A DNA stretch of 64,000 nt from Thermofilaceae archaeon (lineage in GTDB: Archaea > Thermoproteota > Thermoprotei > Thermofilales > Thermofilaceae). This document shows, in pieces, positions 1 through 8,172 of this stretch. The stretch spans positions 57,626-121,625 of the forward strand of contig JAVYWK010000001.1 of assembly GCA_038727095.1 (NCBI GenBank), written 5' to 3'. Under the pieces are notes generated by a model, which did no database searches, was not told the origin of the DNA, and worked only from the letters and a program-made list of their open reading frames with translations. The position numbers were made by a program, and so were the translations under genes. The number at the start of each line of letters is the position of its first letter. Position 1 is the stretch's first letter.

Positions 1-464
1 TTCATGTCCTCTCTGTACTGGCTCTCTATGAGGCTGATCGCGTAGGGGGTGCCCGAGCCCGTCGCAGTGAACCTTTCCCGCGTGACAGTGCCGAGCCAGT
101 CGAGGCTGTATAGGGCACCACCCTCATGGTCGACCCCTCCGATCAGCATCTGAACCACTATCATCGGTCTGCTCCTGAAGAGTATCGTTGAAGCCAGGGT
201 AGCAATCGCCTGAACGCTAATCGGTTCTCCCACATTGCTCCGGTAGAGCAGCGCTTCTGCCCTTAACCTTTCAACAAGCCACTGAGCGTCGCCTACGTAG
301 CCGGCTATAGTAGCAGCGACGTGCTCATCGATCTTGTGTATCTTTTCAGCCCTTTTGTGCGCGATGAAGGAGCCGCTGATCGCCCTCCTATCCGCCGCTA
401 AAACTATGAAGTCCTTGAAGGCCATGCCTACGGTTGTTGTACCCTTGAGCGGTTCCACGCTCAA
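1..464 (-). CDS. psmB: Proteasome beta subunit (runs off window start)
   Basis: Manual translation [27 protein letters not shown]...AGYVGDAQ...TATGSG shows an Ntn-hydrolase catalytic Thr after a short propeptide; not in the ORF track. Confidence 0.93.
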   Translation of the reverse strand, partial: MSVEPLKGTTTVGMAFKDFIVLAADRRAISGSFIAHKRAEKIHKIDEHVAATIAGYVGDAQWLVERLRAEALLYRSNVGEPISVQAIATLASTILFRSRPMIVVQMLIGGVDHEGGALYSLDWLGTVTRERFTATGSGTPYAISLIESQYREDM

Positions 465-535
465 GTAGGGTTTACCACTTGAAAAGGCAGGTTGCATGGT
501 CTTCCAGCGTACCAGCGCGTCACAGCTTAAAAAAC

Positions 536-988
536 ATGTCGCCACCAGACCTCGTGCCTAAGCTGGCGATGGTTCCAGAGCCCCAAGCGTCCCGCGGCTT
601 CATTTTCAGAGCGGTAATCGATCCTCGGTGCTCCAGGTGTGGCTACTACTCGGTTTGCTCGAAGAATTTGAGGCAAGGATGGCGTTACAAAGTGCTTTCG
701 GTTAGGAGAGTTGCACACGTTTGCCCCATACTGGGCGAAAAAATGTACGTTGTTGAGATAGAGGAAGCTCCTCTTCGAGTGGTTGTCGATAGTAAGGTGG
801 CGGTAGCAGGGTTGAAGCTTCGATACAAGCGGGTTGCTTGCGACGAGAGAAAGTGCACTATCCGGAGTTACTGCGCCCAAGCGCCGCTTCTCGACGGAGA
901 GAACGTAAGGGTGGCTGGGGTGCTTAACCGCGTTGAGTGCCTGCGCGGGTTTCATCTGGCCCTTGTCGAGCTCGTCCCTGCGGAGTAA
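536..988 (+). CDS. UPF0179 family protein
   Basis: CxxC...C motifs, [14 protein letters not shown]...HVCPI, archaeal UPF0179 pattern; start uncertain. Confidence 0.75.
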   Translation: MSPPDLVPKLAMVPEPQASRGFIFRAVIDPRCSRCGYYSVCSKNLRQGWRYKVLSVRRVAHVCPILGEKMYVVEIEEAPLRVVVDSKVAVAGLKLRYKRVACDERKCTIRSYCAQAPLLDGENVRVAGVLNRVECLRGFHLALVELVPAE

Positions 989-1038
989 AAGCTCTTATAC
1001 GTCAACAGGCTTGGGCTTCTGTGTCAACAGGGGAGAGA

Positions 1039-1179
1039 ATGTACAAGTGCGCTAAGTGCGGCAAGGAGTTCTCCAAGTCCGATATGGAGATACTGCCGGG
1101 TGTCAAGTGTCCCTTCTGCGGCTGGCGGATAGTGATAAAGCTTCGGGCACCTGCGATTAGGAAGATTAGAGCTGTTTAA
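1039..1179 (+). CDS. rpoP: DNA-directed RNA polymerase subunit P (Rpo12)
   Basis: MYKCAKCGKEF...VKCPFCGWRIVIKLR zinc ribbon, 46 aa. Confidence 0.93.
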   Translation: MYKCAKCGKEFSKSDMEILPGVKCPFCGWRIVIKLRAPAIRKIRAV

Positions 1180-2048
1180 CTCTGGGTCAAGAGGATTAGG
1201 CATCTCATTAGGAGCTTCGCTGCAATACGGCTGGTCAGGTCGTTTACATCCACGAGAGGGTTGACTTCGACCACATCGAGGCCCGCCACTCCCCCTTCGA
1301 ATACCGGCGAGAGGATGTCCAGTATCTGGTAGTAGTTTAAACCGCCCGGTTCCGGACACCCGACGCCTGGAGCTACTGATGGGTCAAGGACGTCGATATC
1401 GATGCTCACGTAGAATGGCCTGCTCAACGTGCTCAACGCGGCTTCGATCTCGCTTCTCCCAGCCCACGGGTGTAGAACAGTGACTCTGTCGTCCAGGGAT
1501 AGCGCTTCGACCTCCTCCTTCGAGAAAGCGCGTGCACCTATGACTACCGCCTCCTTCACCAGCACCTCTCTAGCCCGCCTCAGCACGGTTGCATGACTGA
1601 GCCTATCTCCACGTGGATACTCGTTACGGTAATCTAAGTGCGCATCGAACACCACCATCGAAATGGGATGCTTCATGCCGCTGAGCACCCCCAGCGTTAC
1701 GGTGTGGTCGCCGCCGAGGCACGCAACCAACTTTCCCCTCTCGAGCAGCCCTTCAACAACCTTCGATACATCCTTGATCATTACTTCGGGGTTCAGGGAT
1801 GTCACAACGTCCCCCACATCGGCTACCGGAAGCTCCTCGACGTTAACCCTCAATTGAGGATCAAAGGCTTCAAGCGCGTGAGACACTTCCCTCACTCGCG
1901 CTGGAGCGTAGCGGCAGCCAGGTGCGCAGGTTGAGCTGCTGTCGTAGGGGACGCCCAGTATAACCACCTTGGCGCTCGCTGGGTCGCTCGAGAAGCCGAG
2001 GAAGGTCGGCCTTCTCGGCTCAACCAGGAAACTATGGTAATCTTCCAT
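1176..2048 (-). CDS. speB: Agmatinase (ureohydrolase family)
   Basis: GGDH, FDAHLD, SIDIDVLDP, PEPGG motifs. Confidence 0.9.
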   Translation of the reverse strand: MEDYHSFLVEPRRPTFLGFSSDPASAKVVILGVPYDSSSTCAPGCRYAPARVREVSHALEAFDPQLRVNVEELPVADVGDVVTSLNPEVMIKDVSKVVEGLLERGKLVACLGGDHTVTLGVLSGMKHPISMVVFDAHLDYRNEYPRGDRLSHATVLRRAREVLVKEAVVIGARAFSKEEVEALSLDDRVTVLHPWAGRSEIEAALSTLSRPFYVSIDIDVLDPSVAPGVGCPEPGGLNYYQILDILSPVFEGGVAGLDVVEVNPLVDVNDLTSRIAAKLLMRCLILLTQS

Positions 2049-3375
2049 CGGCTCTCATCCTTTTGACAAAAGAGAGGATGATCTCTGCGAGCCTCCCAGG
2101 CTCGTTTATCTCGAATCGGACCCTAGCAACCGGCTTGTTGAGCTTCATATACCTAGAAAGATCGCTGGGGGTTCCAAGAACCACAGCGTCCGCCGGTACG
2201 CTGTTAATCGCTGTTTCTAGCTCCTTCATCTGCGAGGGCCCATACCCCATAGCAGGGAGCACGGGGCCTATGTGCGCGTACTCCTCGTACACTTTCCTCA
2301 GGCTTCCCACGACGTAGGGCCGCGGATCCACAGGGATTCCTCCGAACTTCACCGCTGCCACGTATCCGGCACCATAGGGCATGTGCCCGTGCGTAACCGA
2401 AGGCCCATCCTCTACTACTAGAACCCTTCTGCTCTTCACGAGCTCAGGGTTGCTGATGTAGACCTCTGATGAAGCCTGAACGATCTCAGCAGAGGGATTG
2501 AGCTTCGTGATCCTTCTGATAGTCGCCTCAACTGCTTCTCGGTCAACCACGTTAACCTTGTTCACAACGATCACGTCCGCTAGAAGTATATTCACTAGAC
2601 CGGGAAAGGAGAGTTCGTGGCCTTGCCGCGTGGGATCCGCAACCGTCACGTAGAGGTCCGGCTTGATAAAGGGCCAGTCGTTGTTCCCACCATCCCAAAC
2701 TATGACGTCGTAAGGCCCCTCCTCAATCTCCCGCAGGATCCCTGCGTAATCAACCCCTGCGTAAACCGTCGTCCCCTCGACGACGTGCTGCTCGTACTCC
2801 TCCCTCTCCTCGATGGTAAACGTGTGGGCGTCCAGATCCTCTAACCGGCTGAACTTCTGGACCTTCATCGCTTCTAAGTCGCCGTACGCCATTGGGTGCC
2901 TTACTACAGCGGGTCTGAGGTTCGCCCGCTTTAGCACCCTCACGATGTAGCGGGAGGTAGTGCTCTTCCCGGCTCCCGTCCGCGTAGCTGTGACCGCGAT
3001 GACCGGTTTCGAGGCCTTCAGCATCGTTTCTCTAGGTCCCAGCACTCTGAAGCTGGCGCCGGCTGCTAACACTCTGCTTAGCTTCACGAGGACATCTTCG
3101 CATGTGAGATCGCTGTATGCTAAGACAACCTCATCTACTCGCAACTCTTGAATTAGCCTTGGAAGATCATCCTCGCTGTAGATTGGTACCCCCTTCGGGT
3201 ACAGTGAACCCGCCAGTTCCGGGGGGTAAACCCGCCCTTCGATATTTGGGATCTGAGCGGCCGTAAAAGCCACAACCTCGTAATCGGGGTTCCCTCGGAA
3301 GAAGATGTTAAAGTTGTGAAAATCGCGACCCCCCGCCCCCATGATGATAACTCTCCTCCGTCGACCCCCCGGCAT
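2032..3375 (-). CDS. Cyclic 2,3-diphosphoglycerate synthetase-like P-loop protein, probable arginine synthetase (ArcE type)
   Basis: GAGGRDFHNFN...FTAAQIPNIEGRVYPPELAG N-terminus, ATRTGAGKST Walker A, RHPMAYGDL, WDGGNND, VEDGPSVTHG. Confidence 0.8.
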   Translation of the reverse strand: MPGGRRRRVIIMGAGGRDFHNFNIFFRGNPDYEVVAFTAAQIPNIEGRVYPPELAGSLYPKGVPIYSEDDLPRLIQELRVDEVVLAYSDLTCEDVLVKLSRVLAAGASFRVLGPRETMLKASKPVIAVTATRTGAGKSTTSRYIVRVLKRANLRPAVVRHPMAYGDLEAMKVQKFSRLEDLDAHTFTIEEREEYEQHVVEGTTVYAGVDYAGILREIEEGPYDVIVWDGGNNDWPFIKPDLYVTVADPTRQGHELSFPGLVNILLADVIVVNKVNVVDREAVEATIRRITKLNPSAEIVQASSEVYISNPELVKSRRVLVVEDGPSVTHGHMPYGAGYVAAVKFGGIPVDPRPYVVGSLRKVYEEYAHIGPVLPAMGYGPSQMKELETAINSVPADAVVLGTPSDLSRYMKLNKPVARVRFEINEPGRLAEIILSFVKRMRADGRLP

Positions 3376-3523
3376 CTTGACCCTCTTACGCCAATCACTA
3401 TAAATTTCGCCATCAAATGAGGTTCCACACATTCTAGCAGTAGAGCGAAGCAATGGTTAACCTGCCACTGAGGATTTGAACGGAAGTTTTTAGCGCAGGC
3501 AGTTCTCCAATTGAAGACTCGCA

Positions 3524-3922
3524 ATGCCCGAGAAAAAGGTGGTTGTGATTGATTCGAGCGCGATAATCGCATGCTTAGAGGATAGGAGGGATCTCTTCGA
3601 AGCACTGAGAGACACTTTCGAAGGGGGTGTGGAAGTCGCCGTGCCCAACGCCGTGCTGGAGGAACTAAAGAAGCTAGCCACGCAGAGTGGGCGCAGGAAG
3701 CTAGCGGCTAAATCAGCGCTACAGCTCCTACAAAGAGGCTCGGATGACATAGTTGTCCGCGTGATTGATGTGGACGCAAAGAGCACTGATGAAGCCCTCC
3801 TGAAACTGTCCATGGAACTGAACGCGTGCCTTATCACTCTTGACAGAGAGCTGCGTAAAACAGCTGAAGCCAAAGGCATAACGGCTCTCACCTACCTCCG
3901 CTCCAAAAAGAGGTTTGGGTGA
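3524..3922 (+). CDS. PIN-domain nuclease (Fcf1/Utp24-like)
   Basis: VIDSS, VLEEL, TDEALL, ITLDRELR acidic PIN motifs. Confidence 0.85.
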   Translation: MPEKKVVVIDSSAIIACLEDRRDLFEALRDTFEGGVEVAVPNAVLEELKKLATQSGRRKLAAKSALQLLQRGSDDIVVRVIDVDAKSTDEALLKLSMELNACLITLDRELRKTAEAKGITALTYLRSKKRFG

Positions 3923-4015
3923 ACAAATGTGCAAAGTCGCGTGCTCGATTTGATAATCCACCAACCGAGCCGCAACAGAAGGTAGAAATACTCCGACTCA
4001 GCTTTGCACGGCGAT

Positions 4016-4903
4016 ATGAACGCCCAATTCCGTGAAAAATCGCGGAATACTTCGCTCGAGGGCGATAGAAACAGGAGTGCAGGTTGGCGTAAATTCCACG
4101 AAAGGATAACCTCCATTGATTACGCATCCGTGGAGAGAAGAATTGCCAGCTACTTGCGGGAGTACCTTGAAGGGACAGGAGCTGGCTGTTACGTCCTAGG
4201 GCTCAGCGGCGGCATAGACTCGTCGGTTGCGGCCACCCTCGCGGCACGAGCTGTAGAGCCGGAGCGGGTTGTCGCGCTGATAATGCCCGATTCAACCTCC
4301 ACGCCCGGTGAGGATCTGGAGGACGCCAGGTGGCTGGTCCGCCACTTGAGCATCAGGTTCCACGAGGCTCCAATCGACACTCTCGTAGCGGCTGCGTCTA
4401 CGAGCGTGCCTCTCTTCGACCGGACCGATTTGAAGGCGCTGGGTAATCTGAAGGCTAGGATCCGCATGCTGATGCTGTACTACGTTGCTAACAGGCTGGG
4501 GGGGATCGTGCTCGGCAGCGGCGACCGCAGCGAGCTCCTGCTCGGCTACTTCACTAAGTACGGCGATGGGGCTGCCGACCTTCTACCCATCGGAGACCTC
4601 TACAAGAGTCAAGTTCGAGGGCTCGCTAAGCACTTGGGGCTGCCCGACCGGATCGCCCTGAAGCCGAGTAGCCCGAGGCTGTGGCCCGGGCAAATGGCGG
4701 AAAGCGAGTTGGGGTTCACTTACGACGTGGCGGACGTGGTGTTGTACGCCGTTTTCGACCTCGGCTACGCTCCTGAGCGCGTTGTTGAGGAGACGGGAAT
4801 CCCCTTTGAGAAGGTGAGGAGCATCCTGTCCAGGGTGGAGAGCTCAGCCCATAAGCGCCGTTTACCGCCCGTTGTTGAGCTGAAGGGGGTGGCGCACCCG
4901 TAG
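4016..4903 (+). CDS. nadE: NH3-dependent NAD+ synthetase
   Basis: LSGGIDSS PP-loop, GNLKARIRM, GYFTKYGDG, KPSSPRLW. Confidence 0.95.
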   Translation: MNAQFREKSRNTSLEGDRNRSAGWRKFHERITSIDYASVERRIASYLREYLEGTGAGCYVLGLSGGIDSSVAATLAARAVEPERVVALIMPDSTSTPGEDLEDARWLVRHLSIRFHEAPIDTLVAAASTSVPLFDRTDLKALGNLKARIRMLMLYYVANRLGGIVLGSGDRSELLLGYFTKYGDGAADLLPIGDLYKSQVRGLAKHLGLPDRIALKPSSPRLWPGQMAESELGFTYDVADVVLYAVFDLGYAPERVVEETGIPFEKVRSILSRVESSAHKRRLPPVVELKGVAHP

Positions 4904-4904
4904 C

Positions 4905-6185
4905 CTACGCCCGAAGCCAGTAACCCCTCACATCAAGGTCCATCTGCCCGTTGACCTCGCTCTTCGCTAACCGCTCTCCCGACAACACATCCAACAGCGC
5001 TGGGTAGATCGTTTCGACGGCGAGCTCGCGGAGGCTCCTTCCACTGAAGACCTCCTCTACCGGGATGTAGACGTCTATGATGCTGGCCAGCTTAGCGTAG
5101 GTCTCCCTGTTTGCGGTCACCTTCAGGACAGGGCTCACAACGGACCCCGCCGGCGTTCCTAAACCCGTGGTGAAAATGACCGCGTGAGCCCCACCTGCCA
5201 CCATCCCCGTTATCGCTGGGATGTCCTCACCCGGCGAGTCCATCAGGAAGAGGCCGCCCCTCCCCCGCGGGACTTGACGAGCGTACGGGAGGACATCGAG
5301 GATCTTCACGTTTGCGTCGCTGCCGATCTTCAGCACGCTACCGAGAGACTTCTCAGCGAGAGTTGAGATGCCGCTCGCGATGTTGCCGGGGGTCGGGTCC
5401 GTCTCCAACGTGTACTCCGATAGCGCCTCCTTCACAGCGTAGGCTGCCTCGAGCAGCCTCTTCAGCTTCCTGGCTACAGTCTCGTCAGCTACCCTGCTCA
5501 ATAGTAGGCCCTCGCTACCCAGAACCTCAGTTGTTTGACAGAAAACCACGCTGACCCCCTCTCTAACCAGCTTCTCAACGACGTACCCAACAGCCGGGTT
5601 GGCGAAAAGACCCGAAGTTGGGTCAGATGCTCCGTTACCAACCCCTATCACTACGCGCTTGAGCGGGGCGTCTGTCCTCTTCAACGAGCTGGCGCTCTCC
5701 AGCATCCCCCTCACGAACTTCCTGCCGAGTTCTACGACTCTTTCGAAACCGTCCACTGACTCGGGCCACGGCTCCTGTAGGTTCACCCAGCGTACTTCAA
5801 CCCCCCTCTTCACAAGCCTCTCGTAGAGCTTGAACGAGAGGAGGTTCTCCAGCCTACTTTCACCGGAGCCGAGGGGTCTTTTACAAAGCTGCCCGCAGCC
5901 CAGGCTGACGAGCAGTACCCCGTAAACGTTTGGGTGCGAAGCTATGCCGAGCAGGGTTTCGAATGCTACGTCCAGATCGAAGCCGACGTGGCAGCAGCCC
6001 GCGTTGTGGCGCGCCAGGACAACCCTGTTCTCCCCGTGCTCCCCCCACCTCTCACCCTTGAACTCCTCGTACACGAGCTCCGCCAACCTGTTCACGCAGG
6101 GCGTCGTCGGTAGGATTAGGACGTGGTTCCTAACTCCAAACACCTTCCTAGACTCCCTGTAGTAGGCCTGCACCGCTTCGGCCAT
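4905..6185 (-). CDS. UxaA/GarD/SuyB family dehydratase or lyase, large subunit (divergent)
   Basis: GVRNHVLILPT, HNAGCC, VSLGC, GNIASGISTLAEKSLG, MDSPG, FTTGLGTP. Confidence 0.85.
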   Translation of the reverse strand: MAEAVQAYYRESRKVFGVRNHVLILPTTPCVNRLAELVYEEFKGERWGEHGENRVVLARHNAGCCHVGFDLDVAFETLLGIASHPNVYGVLLVSLGCGQLCKRPLGSGESRLENLLSFKLYERLVKRGVEVRWVNLQEPWPESVDGFERVVELGRKFVRGMLESASSLKRTDAPLKRVVIGVGNGASDPTSGLFANPAVGYVVEKLVREGVSVVFCQTTEVLGSEGLLLSRVADETVARKLKRLLEAAYAVKEALSEYTLETDPTPGNIASGISTLAEKSLGSVLKIGSDANVKILDVLPYARQVPRGRGGLFLMDSPGEDIPAITGMVAGGAHAVIFTTGLGTPAGSVVSPVLKVTANRETYAKLASIIDVYIPVEEVFSGRSLRELAVETIYPALLDVLSGERLAKSEVNGQMDLDVRGYWLRA

Positions 6186-6796
6186 CACACCTGCACCCTG
6201 GCGAACTCGATGAAGCTCGAGCGGAGAAACCTGTAGAAGTCCTTCACGAGCCTAACGTATCGCTCGTTGAGCCGGACGCCCGGTGGCGGCTCAACGATGT
6301 TACCCAGCCTTAGGGTGCCCCCCTCTCGAACGGGCGCCACAGCGACCCCCACCTTCGTGCGCGGGGGGAGCTGCCTGAAGAGCGGGTGTGTAGGTCTGAA
6401 GTTCACTCCGACGCGCACGAAATCCCCCCTTTCGAGCCGCGAAGTAGCAGTCCCAAGCACGAAGCCGCCCCTGAGAGCCTTCGGGAGATCGAAGGCAGGG
6501 TCGAGCAGGACGTTCGTGACGTGGACAACGAAGCCCACATCGATGTTGCAGGCGCAGATCCCTATCACGTGGCCGAACTTTCGAACCTCGCTCCCTTCCT
6601 CCAGCTTTTCCAGCGCAACCTTGTGCCACTGAGGGATCGGCACGATCGGCCTAACGCTCCCAACGATGCCTCTGCCCTCCTCGTAAACTGGGTACTCAAC
6701 CCCCTCAGCGAGCGGGGCTAGAGCTGTTCCCACGTTGTCGCGGGCATCAGCCTTGTACACGACCTGTGGTAGAGCCACGTGCGTAAGCTGAGCCAC
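6185..6796 (-). CDS. SAF-domain protein (UxaA/SuyA small-subunit-like, with a second degenerate SAF-like repeat)
   Basis: DNVGTALAPL...IPQWHKVAL...GSEVRKFGHVIG...GFVVHVTNV SAF signature; start uncertain. Confidence 0.8.
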   Translation of the reverse strand: MAQLTHVALPQVVYKADARDNVGTALAPLAEGVEYPVYEEGRGIVGSVRPIVPIPQWHKVALEKLEEGSEVRKFGHVIGICACNIDVGFVVHVTNVLLDPAFDLPKALRGGFVLGTATSRLERGDFVRVGVNFRPTHPLFRQLPPRTKVGVAVAPVREGGTLRLGNIVEPPPGVRLNERYVRLVKDFYRFLRSSFIEFARVQV

Positions 6797-6809
6797 GGGT
6801 AATAACTGT

Positions 6810-8165
6810 TCACTCCAGCTCGAGGCCGAGATCCGCAACGTGCTCTCGCACCCTCCTGTATACGCTGGCCCACCAGGGGGCCGGCTCCCTCCTCTCCAAG
6901 TCGTAGAGCTCGCCGAAGGGGACTCCCGGGTTAGGGTTGCGGAGGCTGCTCTCGTAGAAGCGCAGGAACTCGCCCGCCAGCTCTGCTGCGTGGCTGGGCT
7001 TGAGTGCTGCGGCTGCTGCTCCCACCTCGGCCATGAACATCGCCTCTAAGCCGGAGCCGTGCGGCTTCTCACCGTTAGCCGGTGCAGGTCCCAGCAGGTT
7101 GAGGCCGCAGGAGGCCGCGACAATGGAGTTGGCGGCGATTTCGTACAGCATCTCCGCGCAACCGCCCCCGTTCGCCGGCCACACGTCGCCGACGAGGGGT
7201 ACGCCGAGCCTCTCACCAGCTAAGCCCAGAACCGCCTCAACCCAGAGGCACTCCCTCGCGCTCGTAGCCTTGAGGTGGATGTGGTAGGGGTGCACCAGAA
7301 CGTACGAGGCCCCGTAGGCAACCATCGACGTCAGCGCCTCGGCTACCGCGCAGATCGCTGTGCCGGCCGCCCCCCTAGCGAAGCCGCCGACTATCGGATC
7401 TACCAGAGCCGCGTTGTGAACGCTGTACAGGCGGCCGGTGTGCGCCTTCAGCAGCTGGTCGTAACCCACCTTCATCTCGTTGAGGATCGGGATCAGCTGT
7501 GCATCGCTCCTACGCAGCAGCCCAGAGGCCATAGCGGCAGCGTTGGCTACCGCGCTCGTGCTGCTCTCGCAGGCGAGCAGGTGCAGGCCCGGCCTGCCAG
7601 CCTCCTCGATTGCTTCCCTCAGTAGCCGGATCTCGAGGAGCGTCGCTTCAACTTCGCTGGGGGCCGAGCGGGCAAGGCTTAAGCCAGCCACGCTCGTTAG
7701 ACTGCCGTGGTCGAGAGCGTCGACGAGGGGCTCAAGCGCGTAGCTGAGCGCGCTCGGTTTGAAGATTTCCTCCGGTGTCGGAGTGCCGGCGTAGCCGCCG
7801 AAGACGAAGGGCTTGCCTCCAGAGGCTGGCTTCCTCACGCTGAGAACCCTCGAATCGGCACCTACCCCTAGCCTCACCTCACTCTTGGCCGAGCTTAAAG
7901 CGCCCCGGACTTCCTCCTCGCTCACCCTAGCAGCGCTGCCCAGCTCAACGATGTAGATGCCTATCTCCAGAAGAAGCTGCAAACTAGCCTCAAAAACGTC
8001 TTTAACCATTGAGGGGTCGCTAGGCACCATCTCCCCCGGGTGGTAGACTACCTGGTACTCCCTTTCGAGGTTGGCAATTGCCCGGGAGAGGGATAGGTCG
8101 AAGGCGCGCTGCTCGAGGCGGGAGGCTTGACGCGCCCTCCTCTCAAGCTCGAGGGGTGGTATCAC
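6810..8165 (-). CDS. Monomethylamine:corrinoid methyltransferase MtmB homologue without pyrrolysine
   Basis: AGRPG, LNEMK, PIVGGFARG, HIH, PANG..CAEML, GLEAMFMAEV align to MtmB; open frame with Leu (CTC, 7575-7577) where the amber codon is expected. Confidence 0.85.
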   Translation of the reverse strand: MIPPLELERRARQASRLEQRAFDLSLSRAIANLEREYQVVYHPGEMVPSDPSMVKDVFEASLQLLLEIGIYIVELGSAARVSEEEVRGALSSAKSEVRLGVGADSRVLSVRKPASGGKPFVFGGYAGTPTPEEIFKPSALSYALEPLVDALDHGSLTSVAGLSLARSAPSEVEATLLEIRLLREAIEEAGRPGLHLLACESSTSAVANAAAMASGLLRRSDAQLIPILNEMKVGYDQLLKAHTGRLYSVHNAALVDPIVGGFARGAAGTAICAVAEALTSMVAYGASYVLVHPYHIHLKATSARECLWVEAVLGLAGERLGVPLVGDVWPANGGGCAEMLYEIAANSIVAASCGLNLLGPAPANGEKPHGSGLEAMFMAEVGAAAAALKPSHAAELAGEFLRFYESSLRNPNPGVPFGELYDLERREPAPWWASVYRRVREHVADLGLELE

Positions 8166-8172
8166 GCTCCGC

